Assembly (NCBI GenBank): GCA_963662715.1
Contig: OY759724.1
Coordinates: forward strand, 2,580,001-2,612,000
Direction of reading: 5' to 3'
Source of the DNA: Candidatus Omnitrophota bacterium
GTDB taxonomy: Bacteria > Omnitrophota > Gorgyraeia > Zapsychrales > JANLHA01
DNA length: 32,000 nt
Part shown: positions 23,537 through 32,000 of the stretch, piece after piece
Position numbering within the stretch: position 1 is the stretch's first letter
Layout: every line of letters begins with the position of its first letter
Translations under genes and position numbers: made by a program
The notes under the pieces: model-generated
The model's database searches: none
The model's input: only the letters and a program-made list of their open reading frames with translations
What the model was told of the DNA's origin: nothing

Positions 23537-26500
23537 ATGGAGAACAGGACAATGAAAAAATGTTTTTTATTCCTTTTTTGTTTTTGTGTCTTTTGTTCTT
23601 TTTGCTCGCTGTCTTTCTCAGAGGACATGGCCCGGGAATATACCCCCTGTAGAACAGAAGAAAAAGCAGTATCGAGGACACCCCGGGAAACTTTTTTAGC
23701 AAATCCGGTGCCTCCCGGGGAAGAGGAGGCAGATATCGCAAAAAGCCGGGAGACAATCCTGATCGTGCCTTCAAGAGAAATGAAAGCTATCCTCGATATT
23801 GAAGGCGAAGGGCTTTTTATCCCCTTTGCAGAATATACTCACCTTTATGAGAAGGCGAAATTGGAATATATTAAGAACAAGAATGCCGAGAAAATTCCCG
23901 ATGATGTTAAGGGCCCGGTGATCGTGCAGGCTAATTATTATGGTTCCATAGAAGGTGATGTCCTGAAGTTCTCCGCCGACTATGATATTGTCCAAAATGC
24001 ACAGGGCCCGGAGAGTCTGAATTTCCCTTTGCAGGGGGTTTCTTTTCTCCAGGCAACACTTGAGGGGCGAAAAGTGCTTGTTTATGAACAAGATCAAGCC
24101 CCAAGAATTATTATCCCCGGACCGGGAAGTTTTAACCTTAAAATTGATTTTTTTGTGCCGATAAAATATAAGGACAAAATAGGGCACCTTTCTTTTGATA
24201 TCCCTCAGGCTTTGCTCGGGAATATCGTTATAACGGCAGACCTCTTTTATGATATCCGTTTTCGAAATCTCCTTTTTTCCTCCAAGAAACCAGCCGATGA
24301 GAAGGTGATGTTTTTCGGTTTTATAGGTTCGGCGGAGACCGTGTCTTTGGATATCACGAACCGTCGGTCTGCCGGGGAAGAAGACGTAAAGATTATTTCC
24401 CGGGAAGAACACAGGGCTTTTTTGAACCAGGACCTCATTGAGCAAACTGTCGATTACCACCTTGATGTCCAGAACGGAGAAATCCCTGGGGTGAATATCA
24501 CGATCGATAAAAATATCCATGTCCACGATATCTCCGGTCCGGGACTCTCTGGCTGGACGAGAGAAGAGGCCGGGACTCATGATATCCTGCATCTCAACTT
24601 CCATGTCCCGATCAGCGGGAAGACCGATTTTTCTTTGAAAACATACCAGTATTTAACCGCAGAGGCAGACAAGTTCCTCTTGACCGATATGCAGGTCGAG
24701 GACCTTTTTGAAAGACAGGGAACGCTTTCTGTCTATTATGATGAGAATGTCAGGGTCGATACCCAATCGGTCCGATACTTGCAGCCTGTCATCGGCTATC
24801 CGGAAGACCAGAATGTCCCGGACCGTTTCACGCTTTATCGGCAGTGCCGTCTTTTCAACCTTCCCTATGAGATGACTTTGTCCCGAGAAGAGATGCCGGA
24901 CCAGATTGCCGTGTCTCAGAATAATCAAATGCAACTTGATCAAACCAAGCTTTATTTTCAGTCTGAAATCATATTATCCGGACTTGCTCAGGGCACGACA
25001 CGATTGGCTTTCGAATACCCTGAAAATTATACCTTAAATGAATTTCATGCATTTGTTAACGGGCAGGCTGTGCAGGAGGACCATAATCTCAAAGACAGCC
25101 TATTGACGGTTGACGTGAGGCACCCGATCAGCCCCAAAGATGTTATAACCATGCTCATTCATAGTGAAGAACTCATAAACGAAAACTCATTTAAAAAGGG
25201 CTCTCAGACTATCAGCATTCCGGTTATCACCTATCCGCAAACCGCGAAAATGACGGGACGGCTGCAAATCAGCATTCATGAGATGTTCCTTTTAGAGGAC
25301 ATTATCTTGAAAGGGTATGCTCCGGCTCAGGACATTTTTGTCCCGGACTCAAATCAGGAAGAGAATAAAAACCTTTTCTATCATTTTAAGTCCCTTTCTC
25401 CGGAGGGGAAAATCCTGCTTTCGGCCCGGAAAGCCGAACAGACGTCCAAAACAGTCACTTATGTTGCTGTTGACGAGGACCTTTTCCAGGGCAATGTTTA
25501 TCTGCAATATCATATTAATGCAGGGAAAAAGGATAATTTTTATTTTGCGATTCCGCGTTGGGAAGAAAGCAAGATCAATATTCAGGGTGATCATATAAAA
25601 GAAAAGAAAAAGATTGGCCCCGCTCGCATTCAGGATATCATCCCCGCGGCCCGCCTCTCTGAATTAAGGAACTATGATATCTGGAATGTCGTCCTGCAAA
25701 AAGAAGTCATCGGAGATTATTTCCTTGAGATTGATTATCAGAAAAAAATAAAACAGTTTGGAACGCTGTTTGATATGCCTTTGATTGTCCCCCTTGATGT
25801 TGTCAATGATACAGGTTATGTTGTCCTTGAAGCCAGCAAAAACACAGCGATTAATACGGAGAAAAAAGGCCTCAATGATATTGAAACTTATGAAATCCCT
25901 AAATGGCCGTCCTATAAACCTTCCAACCGCATCATCGAATCTGTCCGTTATTTCACGAGACCTTTCATGTTTAAGATCGCGGTTAAGCGAATGGATGAGT
26001 CCCCGGTCCTGGCCTCCATCGCGGAAAAGGAAAGTCTTTCTTATACTTTTGGGAAAGATTCGCAGGTCTTTTTTGAATGCGATTATATCATCCGGAACAC
26101 AAACCTCCAGTTTCTTAAGATCCAGCTCCCGGAGGACTTTATTTTCTGGGGCGCCACGCTGAAAGGCAAAGGCATTAAACCCCGCAAGGGGCCGGATAAC
26201 CTTTTGTTTATCCCTCTCCCGGCAGAGAGCGGGCAAAACCTTTCCCTTCGTCTAACCGGCCAGATTTCCAGGAAAGGCCGTCAAAGCCTGTGGGAATCTT
26301 TTCACCTACAAAGTCCGAAACTGAATATCCCGTGTTTAGAATCACAAGTGGCCATTTATTTTCCGCAGGAATATTCTCTCCTTCATATAAAGGGGAATTT
26401 TGAGAAATTCCCGGAGCCGTCTTACCAACAGCCTGTTCTCGTATCCTTTTTAAGGAATGTTTTTTCACCTCTCTTAAAAAATTTGGGAATGCTTTTTTTC

Positions 26501-29500
26501 CCAAGCTATATTAAACGGGGAGTCCAGGGCCGGCTAAAGTCAGCGGCAGATGATATCGGTGAACAATTCAGCCCGGGGACCCAAATGCTCCAATCGAGAA
26601 TTCGTGATGCGGGTCAGTACATGGTTCAACAGGAAGGGGACCCCAACCTGGGACAGTCTGTCCAGTATGAACCATATTATTTGGAGACAGATTATGATGT
26701 CCAAAGGTCTGAGATGACGACTGTCACCCAGAACGCTTTAATGGAAGAAGAGGAAAAAGAAGAACATCCTGAACCAGCATTTGCCGCAACTAAGGATTAT
26801 CATAAGAAAAAAGGAATCCTCTCTTTGAATATTGATATTCCGAAAGAAGGAGAATATTTGTTTTTACATAAACTTTGGGGAGACAGCCGTCTCAATGTGA
26901 CATTTATTTCTGACGTTTGGAAGAAAGTCCTGAGTTTGTTCTTTATGTGTTTTTTCGTCTTCCTCGGATTCTCCCTGCGAGAAAAACGGATTTTGTCCCC
27001 CAACATGTTTCTTTTGTTGACCCTTGTTTTATGTACGTTTATCCCTTTACTGTTTTTCAAGTCTTATGTTTTCATTTTTAACGGAGCGGTCCTGGGGGCC
27101 GTGATGTTTATTGTCATTCTGTCTTTCACGGCTAAATTTAAGAAATTTTTGAAGAAATGCGGCGTGATCATAATCGCTGTTTTTGTTTTGCTGCCGTTGG
27201 GTACGGTTCTCTCAGAGAAACCGGCTTCTGCCGAGCAATTATCCGATGAGAGGTCTTCACCGTCGAGATGCCCCGTCCAAGATCATTTTTCTGAAGAGCA
27301 GGAAGAAGTCCTTTTCCCGGATGTCCGTGTTTATGTCCCGTATAACGACAAAAAGACTTTGCCTCCGGACAAGTCTGGTAAAGTGTATGTCCCGACTCAA
27401 GATTATTTCCGTTTAAAACTTCTCGCGGAGCCGCCGTATAAACCGGAAGATGATTTCCAATACAAAAACCCCTTCGATATCACCGGCTTATCCTGCCATG
27501 GCATTCTTGAGGGCGACCGCGTTGTGTTTTCAGCTTCCCTGGATATTTTCGTCAATAATCATGAATGGGCTCTTATCGGTTTACCTTTTCATCATATTGT
27601 TGTTGAAGAGTTTAAAGCGGACGGGGAATCGGTCCCCGTTAAAATAAAGCAGATATCCTCCGAGGGTATGCAGAATAATCTTCAGAAGTCTTGCCTTATC
27701 CCCCCCAAAAAACTTGATATTTACGAAATTCCCGTTTATGGATTTGGTTATCATTCTGTTGACTTGACTTTTTATGTCGAATTAAAATCACTGCTGGGAA
27801 AGAAGACCTTATCCTTCGGCTTCCCGGAGACGCTTTTCGCCGATTTCTCCTTGAATTTGAACGGTCAGGAAGTCTTTCTTGAATTCGAAGAGCCGGGGGA
27901 ATCTTTCTATGTTGATGAGAGTAGCGGGTCCCCGATTCTTAAAGCTTCGCTCTCCGGGAAGTCTGAAGTTAGAATTTCCTGGTTCCCGAAGAAATACCTT
28001 AAAAAGACCGAGAAACCGCTTATTTATGCAGACTCCGAAATCGACATGCTTCTTGGATATGATGAAATTATTATTTCACAAGAAACAAAAATCAGGGTTG
28101 AAAAGTCTTCTCTGGCATCCCTCAGTTTTTATAAAGATCCGGATGTCGTTGTCATTGATGTTTTTTCAGATAAGGTTAAGAATTGGCAAGTCAGGGAGGA
28201 AGACGGACATGATATCCTGGATGTCATCTTTAAACATGAAGTCACGGATGCCGCTGACCTGCTCATCAAAGCAAAACGCAACTGTCTGCCCGAAATGGCC
28301 GCCCCGGCGATATTTTTCAGGCCGCTGGATGCCAAAAGAATTCATGGTCATCTCAATCTTTTTGCCCCTAAAGATTATAAGGCCGTTGTGACAAAAAGCC
28401 GTAACCTTAATGTGGCCGCAATAAAAGAAGGCCGGCCCAGGGAAATTTCCGGTTTTCAGCTCCAAAAAAGTTTTTCTTTCCTGGGCGGGGACTTTAGTGC
28501 CGAGATCGAAAGGCGTCCGGAAGAAAGAAAAATCATGGCAGATATTTCCTCGCAGCATATCCTTTCAGAAGACCGGAGTGTGTCCCGCTATAATATCGCC
28601 ATCGATGTTCTTAAAAATTCTCTTACCGCATTAAATATCCGGTTGCCGGAAGGTCAGAAGATCAACTCAGTGAAAGCCGATAATACTTCAGATTATATCC
28701 TCAAAGACAATGTCGTTACTTTACCGCTGAAGAGTGCCGTCAAAGGGAGATTCTCGGTGGAACTGGAAACGGAGCAGGATATTGATGAATTTCATTCGGC
28801 TTTGATCGAGAGCATCGACCTCCTTGATATCCCCAAAATCACCGGGACGGCGGTCATCCTGTTTCCCCGAGGATTTGAAGTCATGGAATCGGATATCCAG
28901 GGGCTGAGATCTTCGAATATTGAGAGCGTGTTTGAACGGGTCCCGCAGGTCCGTGATATGTCATTCGGGGCAAAATATGCTTATACACTGCGGGAAAAAC
29001 ATTATAAAGCCATCTACAATATTTCTAAAAAAGAGGCGTCGCTGGATGTGATTAAAATTTATCATTCCACAGTGAAGGATAATCTTGTCAATGTGCAGCT
29101 ATTATGTATATTTAATATAAAGAATGCTCCGGTTGATCATTTTGATATTATCGCTCCGGCTGAACTCCGGGATTCCATAAAAGTTGAAGGTGAAGGCCTT
29201 AAGACTGTTCTTAAAAAAGAAACGGATGAAGGAAAGCATGTTGTCCTTACGGTAAATACCTTAACCCCGATAGACCATTCTTACATGCTTCAGGTCTCTT
29301 TTAATAAATACTTCGGAAGTGATAAAATTTTCGAAATGCCGTCCATTATTTTCCCGCAGGTGGCCAACAGGACAGAATTTGTTTCCGTTGAGGCCGACAC
29401 GGTTTATCATGTTAAGCCCCTGACCGTTCAATCGCTGCATGAAACCGAGCCCGACATGATCCCGGCTTTACCGGAGGGGATTGATCTCAATAATATCCTC

Positions 29501-31600
29501 TGGTCTTATCGGGCTTCCGGGGCCTCGGCCTGGGCGTACAGCCTGAAACTTGTGAGGCTGGAGAGAGAAAAACTTGTGAAGGCTAAAATACTGCGAGAAG
29601 ACATCAAAACTCTTATTATTCCCAATGGTTATGCCTTGCATGAAATTATGCTTAAGGTCAATAACCGCAGTTTGCAGTTTCTCCCTGTCACCTTGCCGCG
29701 TGAGGCGTCTCTCTGGAGCCTGAAGGTCGCCGGGGAGCCGGTCAGAGCTTCGGTGAACACATCAGGAGAGAAGAATGGCGCGGCCCAGTATTTGATCCCG
29801 CTTATTAAAAGCGGATCGGGCGACAGAAATTTTGATATCATGATCGTCTATATAACTCCCATCAAAGAATTCGGTCTTTTTGGGCATGTCAAGCTGGACA
29901 TGATGGCTACCGGGGATGTCCCGATTGAAAAAACAACATGGTCCTTATTTGTCCCGGATAACTATTCGGTGTTCAAGTTTAACACGAACATGGAAGAAAT
30001 CGATCTTTCGATGATCGAAGCGGAAAAAACCCTGGATTTAGCTAAAGAGTACAAGTACTGGACCCATTTTGCCAGTACGGCTAAAGGGGAGTTGAAAGAA
30101 AAGGCGCTGGGGAACCGGGAGCGAGTCATGAGTGATTATACGAAACAGCAGGCGCTCAGTCAGAGGATGCAGACAGACTTAAACGTGAGGGAGGGCAATA
30201 AGAATTACAACCAGGCCCTTATTCAGGAAGCCAAGTCGCAGAATTCTCAGATTCTTAATGAGGCTTCCAATATCATTGCCCTGAATAAGCCTGATTCCAA
30301 GATTATGAACGGGAAAAAACAGCAGCCGGCTAAACAAGCTCTTGCGAATAGAAGACAGGTTAAAGGTTGGCAGTTTAAAACGAATGATTTTGCCGGTGAA
30401 GAGCAGGTCGAACGTTCTATCACGAATTATTTGCAGCAGGAAGACAGAAAAAAAATGGCACAGCATAAAAGGGCAGAACAGAGAACTCGAATGATGAAAA
30501 GGGAAGAAGTGTACGGCGGCCGGGATAAGGTTTCGACGGAAGTTCATGATCAGTTGGTTTTAATGCAGGGCCAAAATCTATCCGATTCTTCTGTGGCCGC
30601 CACGAATGAGAATGTGATTCTCAATGGAGACATGCGGCAGGCTGATTATGAACAAAGCCTGCGGATCCGAGAGAAAGGGCGTCGTGTGCCGGAGAGGGGA
30701 TCTCAGGTTTCTCAGTGGTCCTCTGCCTCTGCGCTTGGTTCCCAGACAGAACCGGTGTTTGGGTACAAACAACCTGCCCCTCTGCCGGAAAGTTCCGGCG
30801 TGTCCTCGCGGGGAACCGGGGCGTATCGTGAAACTCCCCTTGAATCGGGGCGGCAGGATTCTATGGAATATTGGGGTGACGCGCTGGATGAAAAAACCGA
30901 ATCAGAGGCCAAACCGTTCATCCAGATTTTTCAAGGGAAGGCGCCGGTGCAGAAGAAAAGCGCTTTGTTAAAAGGGCGCCGGTCCATTGACATCCCTATA
31001 CCGGAAGAGGGAAGACGGTTCTCTTTTAAAAAACTTGGCGGCAACCCCACTTTGAGTTTGGTATACAGGAAGAACGAGAGCCTGTCCAAAGTTTTTCTCC
31101 TGCTGTTGTGTATTGTGGCCACAGCCGGGATATGGAACGTCCGCACCGTCCCGTGGCCTTCCGACCGAGTACGCATGATGGTTTGCCGGGTTAAACCTAA
31201 GGGCTGGTTTTTTTTTATCGCTGATGCACGTATTGTCAGGATCGCCACTTATACCCTGATGCTGTTTGCGGTGATCTTTCGGTCGCCGCTTTTTTTCATA
31301 ACTTTGGGTTTTACGAGTATTTTTCTTTTAAGATCTATTTCCCGGAAGCGGTACAAAAAACTCGGATGTGTCCCTCAATATAATAAGAAACAATTCATGA
31401 AATATTTTCTTTCTTATCTGATCCTGATTTCCTCCCTGTTAAGCCTTTTTCACCTGGGCTTCTTAGTCCTGGTCGGCATTTCCACAACGATGAATTTTAT
31501 TGTCGCATTCATCTACGGGGTTTTTATTTTTCTGGCCCCCGGGAAAGCAAATTTCGGAGGGGAAACAGAACCCCCGGGCCAGGACAAGAAAGAATTGTAA
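23537..31600 (+). CDS. Giant envelope protein (2687 aa) made of module copies 2 and 3, joined by a 4-TM hinge; uncharacterised family
   Basis: The ATG at 23537 lies 1 nt after the upstream TAA (23533-23535). An alternative ATG at 23552 is preceded by GGAG. Signal peptide MKKCFLFLFCFCVFCSFCSLSFS. The ORF-track start at 23357 is only an open-frame extension into the upstream gene. Each half repeats the landmark order of the 1082-aa protein (see findings). The C-terminal ~5 TM helices lie at nt ~31090-31550. Confidence 0.85.
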   Translation: MENRTMKKCFLFLFCFCVFCSFCSLSFSEDMAREYTPCRTEEKAVSRTPRETFLANPVPPGEEEADIAKSRETILIVPSREMKAILDIEGEGLFIPFAEYTHLYEKAKLEYIKNKNAEKIPDDVKGPVIVQANYYGSIEGDVLKFSADYDIVQNAQGPESLNFPLQGVSFLQATLEGRKVLVYEQDQAPRIIIPGPGSFNLKIDFFVPIKYKDKIGHLSFDIPQALLGNIVITADLFYDIRFRNLLFSSKKPADEKVMFFGFIGSAETVSLDITNRRSAGEEDVKIISREEHRAFLNQDLIEQTVDYHLDVQNGEIPGVNITIDKNIHVHDISGPGLSGWTREEAGTHDILHLNFHVPISGKTDFSLKTYQYLTAEADKFLLTDMQVEDLFERQGTLSVYYDENVRVDTQSVRYLQPVIGYPEDQNVPDRFTLYRQCRLFNLPYEMTLSREEMPDQIAVSQNNQMQLDQTKLYFQSEIILSGLAQGTTRLAFEYPENYTLNEFHAFVNGQAVQEDHNLKDSLLTVDVRHPISPKDVITMLIHSEELINENSFKKGSQTISIPVITYPQTAKMTGRLQISIHEMFLLEDIILKGYAPAQDIFVPDSNQEENKNLFYHFKSLSPEGKILLSARKAEQTSKTVTYVAVDEDLFQGNVYLQYHINAGKKDNFYFAIPRWEESKINIQGDHIKEKKKIGPARIQDIIPAARLSELRNYDIWNVVLQKEVIGDYFLEIDYQKKIKQFGTLFDMPLIVPLDVVNDTGYVVLEASKNTAINTEKKGLNDIETYEIPKWPSYKPSNRIIESVRYFTRPFMFKIAVKRMDESPVLASIAEKESLSYTFGKDSQVFFECDYIIRNTNLQFLKIQLPEDFIFWGATLKGKGIKPRKGPDNLLFIPLPAESGQNLSLRLTGQISRKGRQSLWESFHLQSPKLNIPCLESQVAIYFPQEYSLLHIKGNFEKFPEPSYQQPVLVSFLRNVFSPLLKNLGMLFFPSYIKRGVQGRLKSAADDIGEQFSPGTQMLQSRIRDAGQYMVQQEGDPNLGQSVQYEPYYLETDYDVQRSEMTTVTQNALMEEEEKEEHPEPAFAATKDYHKKKGILSLNIDIPKEGEYLFLHKLWGDSRLNVTFISDVWKKVLSLFFMCFFVFLGFSLREKRILSPNMFLLLTLVLCTFIPLLFFKSYVFIFNGAVLGAVMFIVILSFTAKFKKFLKKCGVIIIAVFVLLPLGTVLSEKPASAEQLSDERSSPSRCPVQDHFSEEQEEVLFPDVRVYVPYNDKKTLPPDKSGKVYVPTQDYFRLKLLAEPPYKPEDDFQYKNPFDITGLSCHGILEGDRVVFSASLDIFVNNHEWALIGLPFHHIVVEEFKADGESVPVKIKQISSEGMQNNLQKSCLIPPKKLDIYEIPVYGFGYHSVDLTFYVELKSLLGKKTLSFGFPETLFADFSLNLNGQEVFLEFEEPGESFYVDESSGSPILKASLSGKSEVRISWFPKKYLKKTEKPLIYADSEIDMLLGYDEIIISQETKIRVEKSSLASLSFYKDPDVVVIDVFSDKVKNWQVREEDGHDILDVIFKHEVTDAADLLIKAKRNCLPEMAAPAIFFRPLDAKRIHGHLNLFAPKDYKAVVTKSRNLNVAAIKEGRPREISGFQLQKSFSFLGGDFSAEIERRPEERKIMADISSQHILSEDRSVSRYNIAIDVLKNSLTALNIRLPEGQKINSVKADNTSDYILKDNVVTLPLKSAVKGRFSVELETEQDIDEFHSALIESIDLLDIPKITGTAVILFPRGFEVMESDIQGLRSSNIESVFERVPQVRDMSFGAKYAYTLREKHYKAIYNISKKEASLDVIKIYHSTVKDNLVNVQLLCIFNIKNAPVDHFDIIAPAELRDSIKVEGEGLKTVLKKETDEGKHVVLTVNTLTPIDHSYMLQVSFNKYFGSDKIFEMPSIIFPQVANRTEFVSVEADTVYHVKPLTVQSLHETEPDMIPALPEGIDLNNILWSYRASGASAWAYSLKLVRLEREKLVKAKILREDIKTLIIPNGYALHEIMLKVNNRSLQFLPVTLPREASLWSLKVAGEPVRASVNTSGEKNGAAQYLIPLIKSGSGDRNFDIMIVYITPIKEFGLFGHVKLDMMATGDVPIEKTTWSLFVPDNYSVFKFNTNMEEIDLSMIEAEKTLDLAKEYKYWTHFASTAKGELKEKALGNRERVMSDYTKQQALSQRMQTDLNVREGNKNYNQALIQEAKSQNSQILNEASNIIALNKPDSKIMNGKKQQPAKQALANRRQVKGWQFKTNDFAGEEQVERSITNYLQQEDRKKMAQHKRAEQRTRMMKREEVYGGRDKVSTEVHDQLVLMQGQNLSDSSVAATNENVILNGDMRQADYEQSLRIREKGRRVPERGSQVSQWSSASALGSQTEPVFGYKQPAPLPESSGVSSRGTGAYRETPLESGRQDSMEYWGDALDEKTESEAKPFIQIFQGKAPVQKKSALLKGRRSIDIPIPEEGRRFSFKKLGGNPTLSLVYRKNESLSKVFLLLLCIVATAGIWNVRTVPWPSDRVRMMVCRVKPKGWFFFIADARIVRIATYTLMLFAVIFRSPLFFITLGFTSIFLLRSISRKRYKKLGCVPQYNKKQFMKYFLSYLILISSLLSLFHLGFLVLVGISTTMNFIVAFIYGVFIFLAPGKANFGGETEPPGQDKKEL
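26927..27232 (+). other. Internal 4-TM hinge of the 2687-aa protein; the fourth helix has full Sec signal-peptide architecture
   Basis: Helices: VLSLFFMCFFVFLGFSL, (REKRILSPN), MFLLLTLVLCTFIPLLFF, VFIFNGAVLGAVMFIVILSF, (TAKFKKFLKK), CGVIIIAVFVLLPLGTVL, then SEKPASA|EQ. The basic loops fall on alternate sides, which fits the positive-inside rule. An even helix count puts both large domains on the same (extracytoplasmic) side. Confidence 0.6.
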
Positions 31601-32000
31601 ACGCAATATTTCAAGGGCCCTGCTAATTTCTCCCCCGACAATTGGGAATGACATGTCATAGCCGTCTCCGTGCGGATAAGATAATTCATGCGGCATTTAT
31701 CATGGCGGGAACGGCCATAACTTTCTTCGGGAAGTGTCCAACAAAAAATTAGTGATACAAGCTGTTTTCGCGGTGTTCATTCACAAGAAGGAAAGGGGAC
31801 GGGCAGGATATGAAAGTAATTCTGTGAATTTTTAAAGCAGAAAAATGAGTACAAGAATCCCTATGGTCATATAGCCGGCCTGCGTTGTGGTCAAAAAAAA
31901 GAAAATAACAAGAAAAGGCAAAGACTTGTCCAGCAGGAATTTATTGATATGCTTATGTTTGAAGACAAGATATAAACTTGAATAACTTTGCCAGTTTAAT

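Noticed and set aside
31463-31696. A 77-aa minus-strand ORF spanning the end of the giant gene, plus the ORF-free tail of the window (31700-32000).
   Set aside because: It overlaps the giant gene's C-terminal TM region in antisense and has no supporting signals. I could not find a convincing gene or RNA in the last 400 nt.
1-32000. A mobile element, prophage, defence island, CRISPR array, or tRNA/rRNA genes.
   Set aside because: I saw no integrase, transposase or recombinase motifs, no terminal inverted or direct repeats flanking a block, no regularly spaced repeats, no nuclease, methylase or toxin-like genes, and no tRNA-like cloverleaf or rRNA-like stretches. Base composition did not change abruptly by eye, though I did not compute it.

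Overview
This 32-kb window looks like it comes from a diderm (Gram-negative-type) bacterium. The signs are Sec and lipoprotein signal peptides, OmpA-like peptidoglycan-binding domains and strong GGAGG ribosome-binding sites. I call 21 protein-coding genes, 20 of them on the + strand. I saw no rRNA, tRNA, CRISPR array, transposase, integrase or obvious pseudogene.

Layout:
(i) 1-3907 is a metal ABC importer operon: an ATPase (5' end off-window), two permeases that each carry a C-terminal DtxR-like winged-helix extension, and a TroA/PsaA/ZnuA-type binding protein.
(ii) 4036-6496 holds a small lipoprotein, a TIGR01210/RaSEA-like radical-SAM-type protein and a convergent alpha/beta hydrolase.
(iii) 6828-19581 is a co-directional ~12.7-kb cell-envelope cluster. 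It has two proteins that fuse a NitT/TauT-type solute-binding domain to an OmpA/MotB-like domain, a secreted VWA protein, a 2-TM coiled-coil protein and a PspA/IM30 (ESCRT-III superfamily) protein. It also has a complete NitT/TauT-type ABC importer, a classic-clade AAA+ ATPase with a degenerate N-terminal AAA-like half, a B12-binding radical SAM enzyme and a small Cys-rich, Lys-rich protein.
(iv) After a 705-bp non-coding gap, 20287-31600 holds two abutting giant genes (1082 aa and 2687 aa). Together they are three tandem copies of one uncharacterised, membrane-anchored, periplasm- or surface-facing module. Two copies are fused through a 4-TM hinge whose last helix looks like a Sec signal peptide.

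Best candidates for something undescribed:
- the triplicated giant envelope module;
- the PspA-like / membrane anchor / AAA+ set as a possible bacterial ESCRT-III/Vps4-like remodelling system;
- the SBP-OmpA fusion pair.

All family assignments come from motif recognition by eye. No database search or structure prediction could be run.
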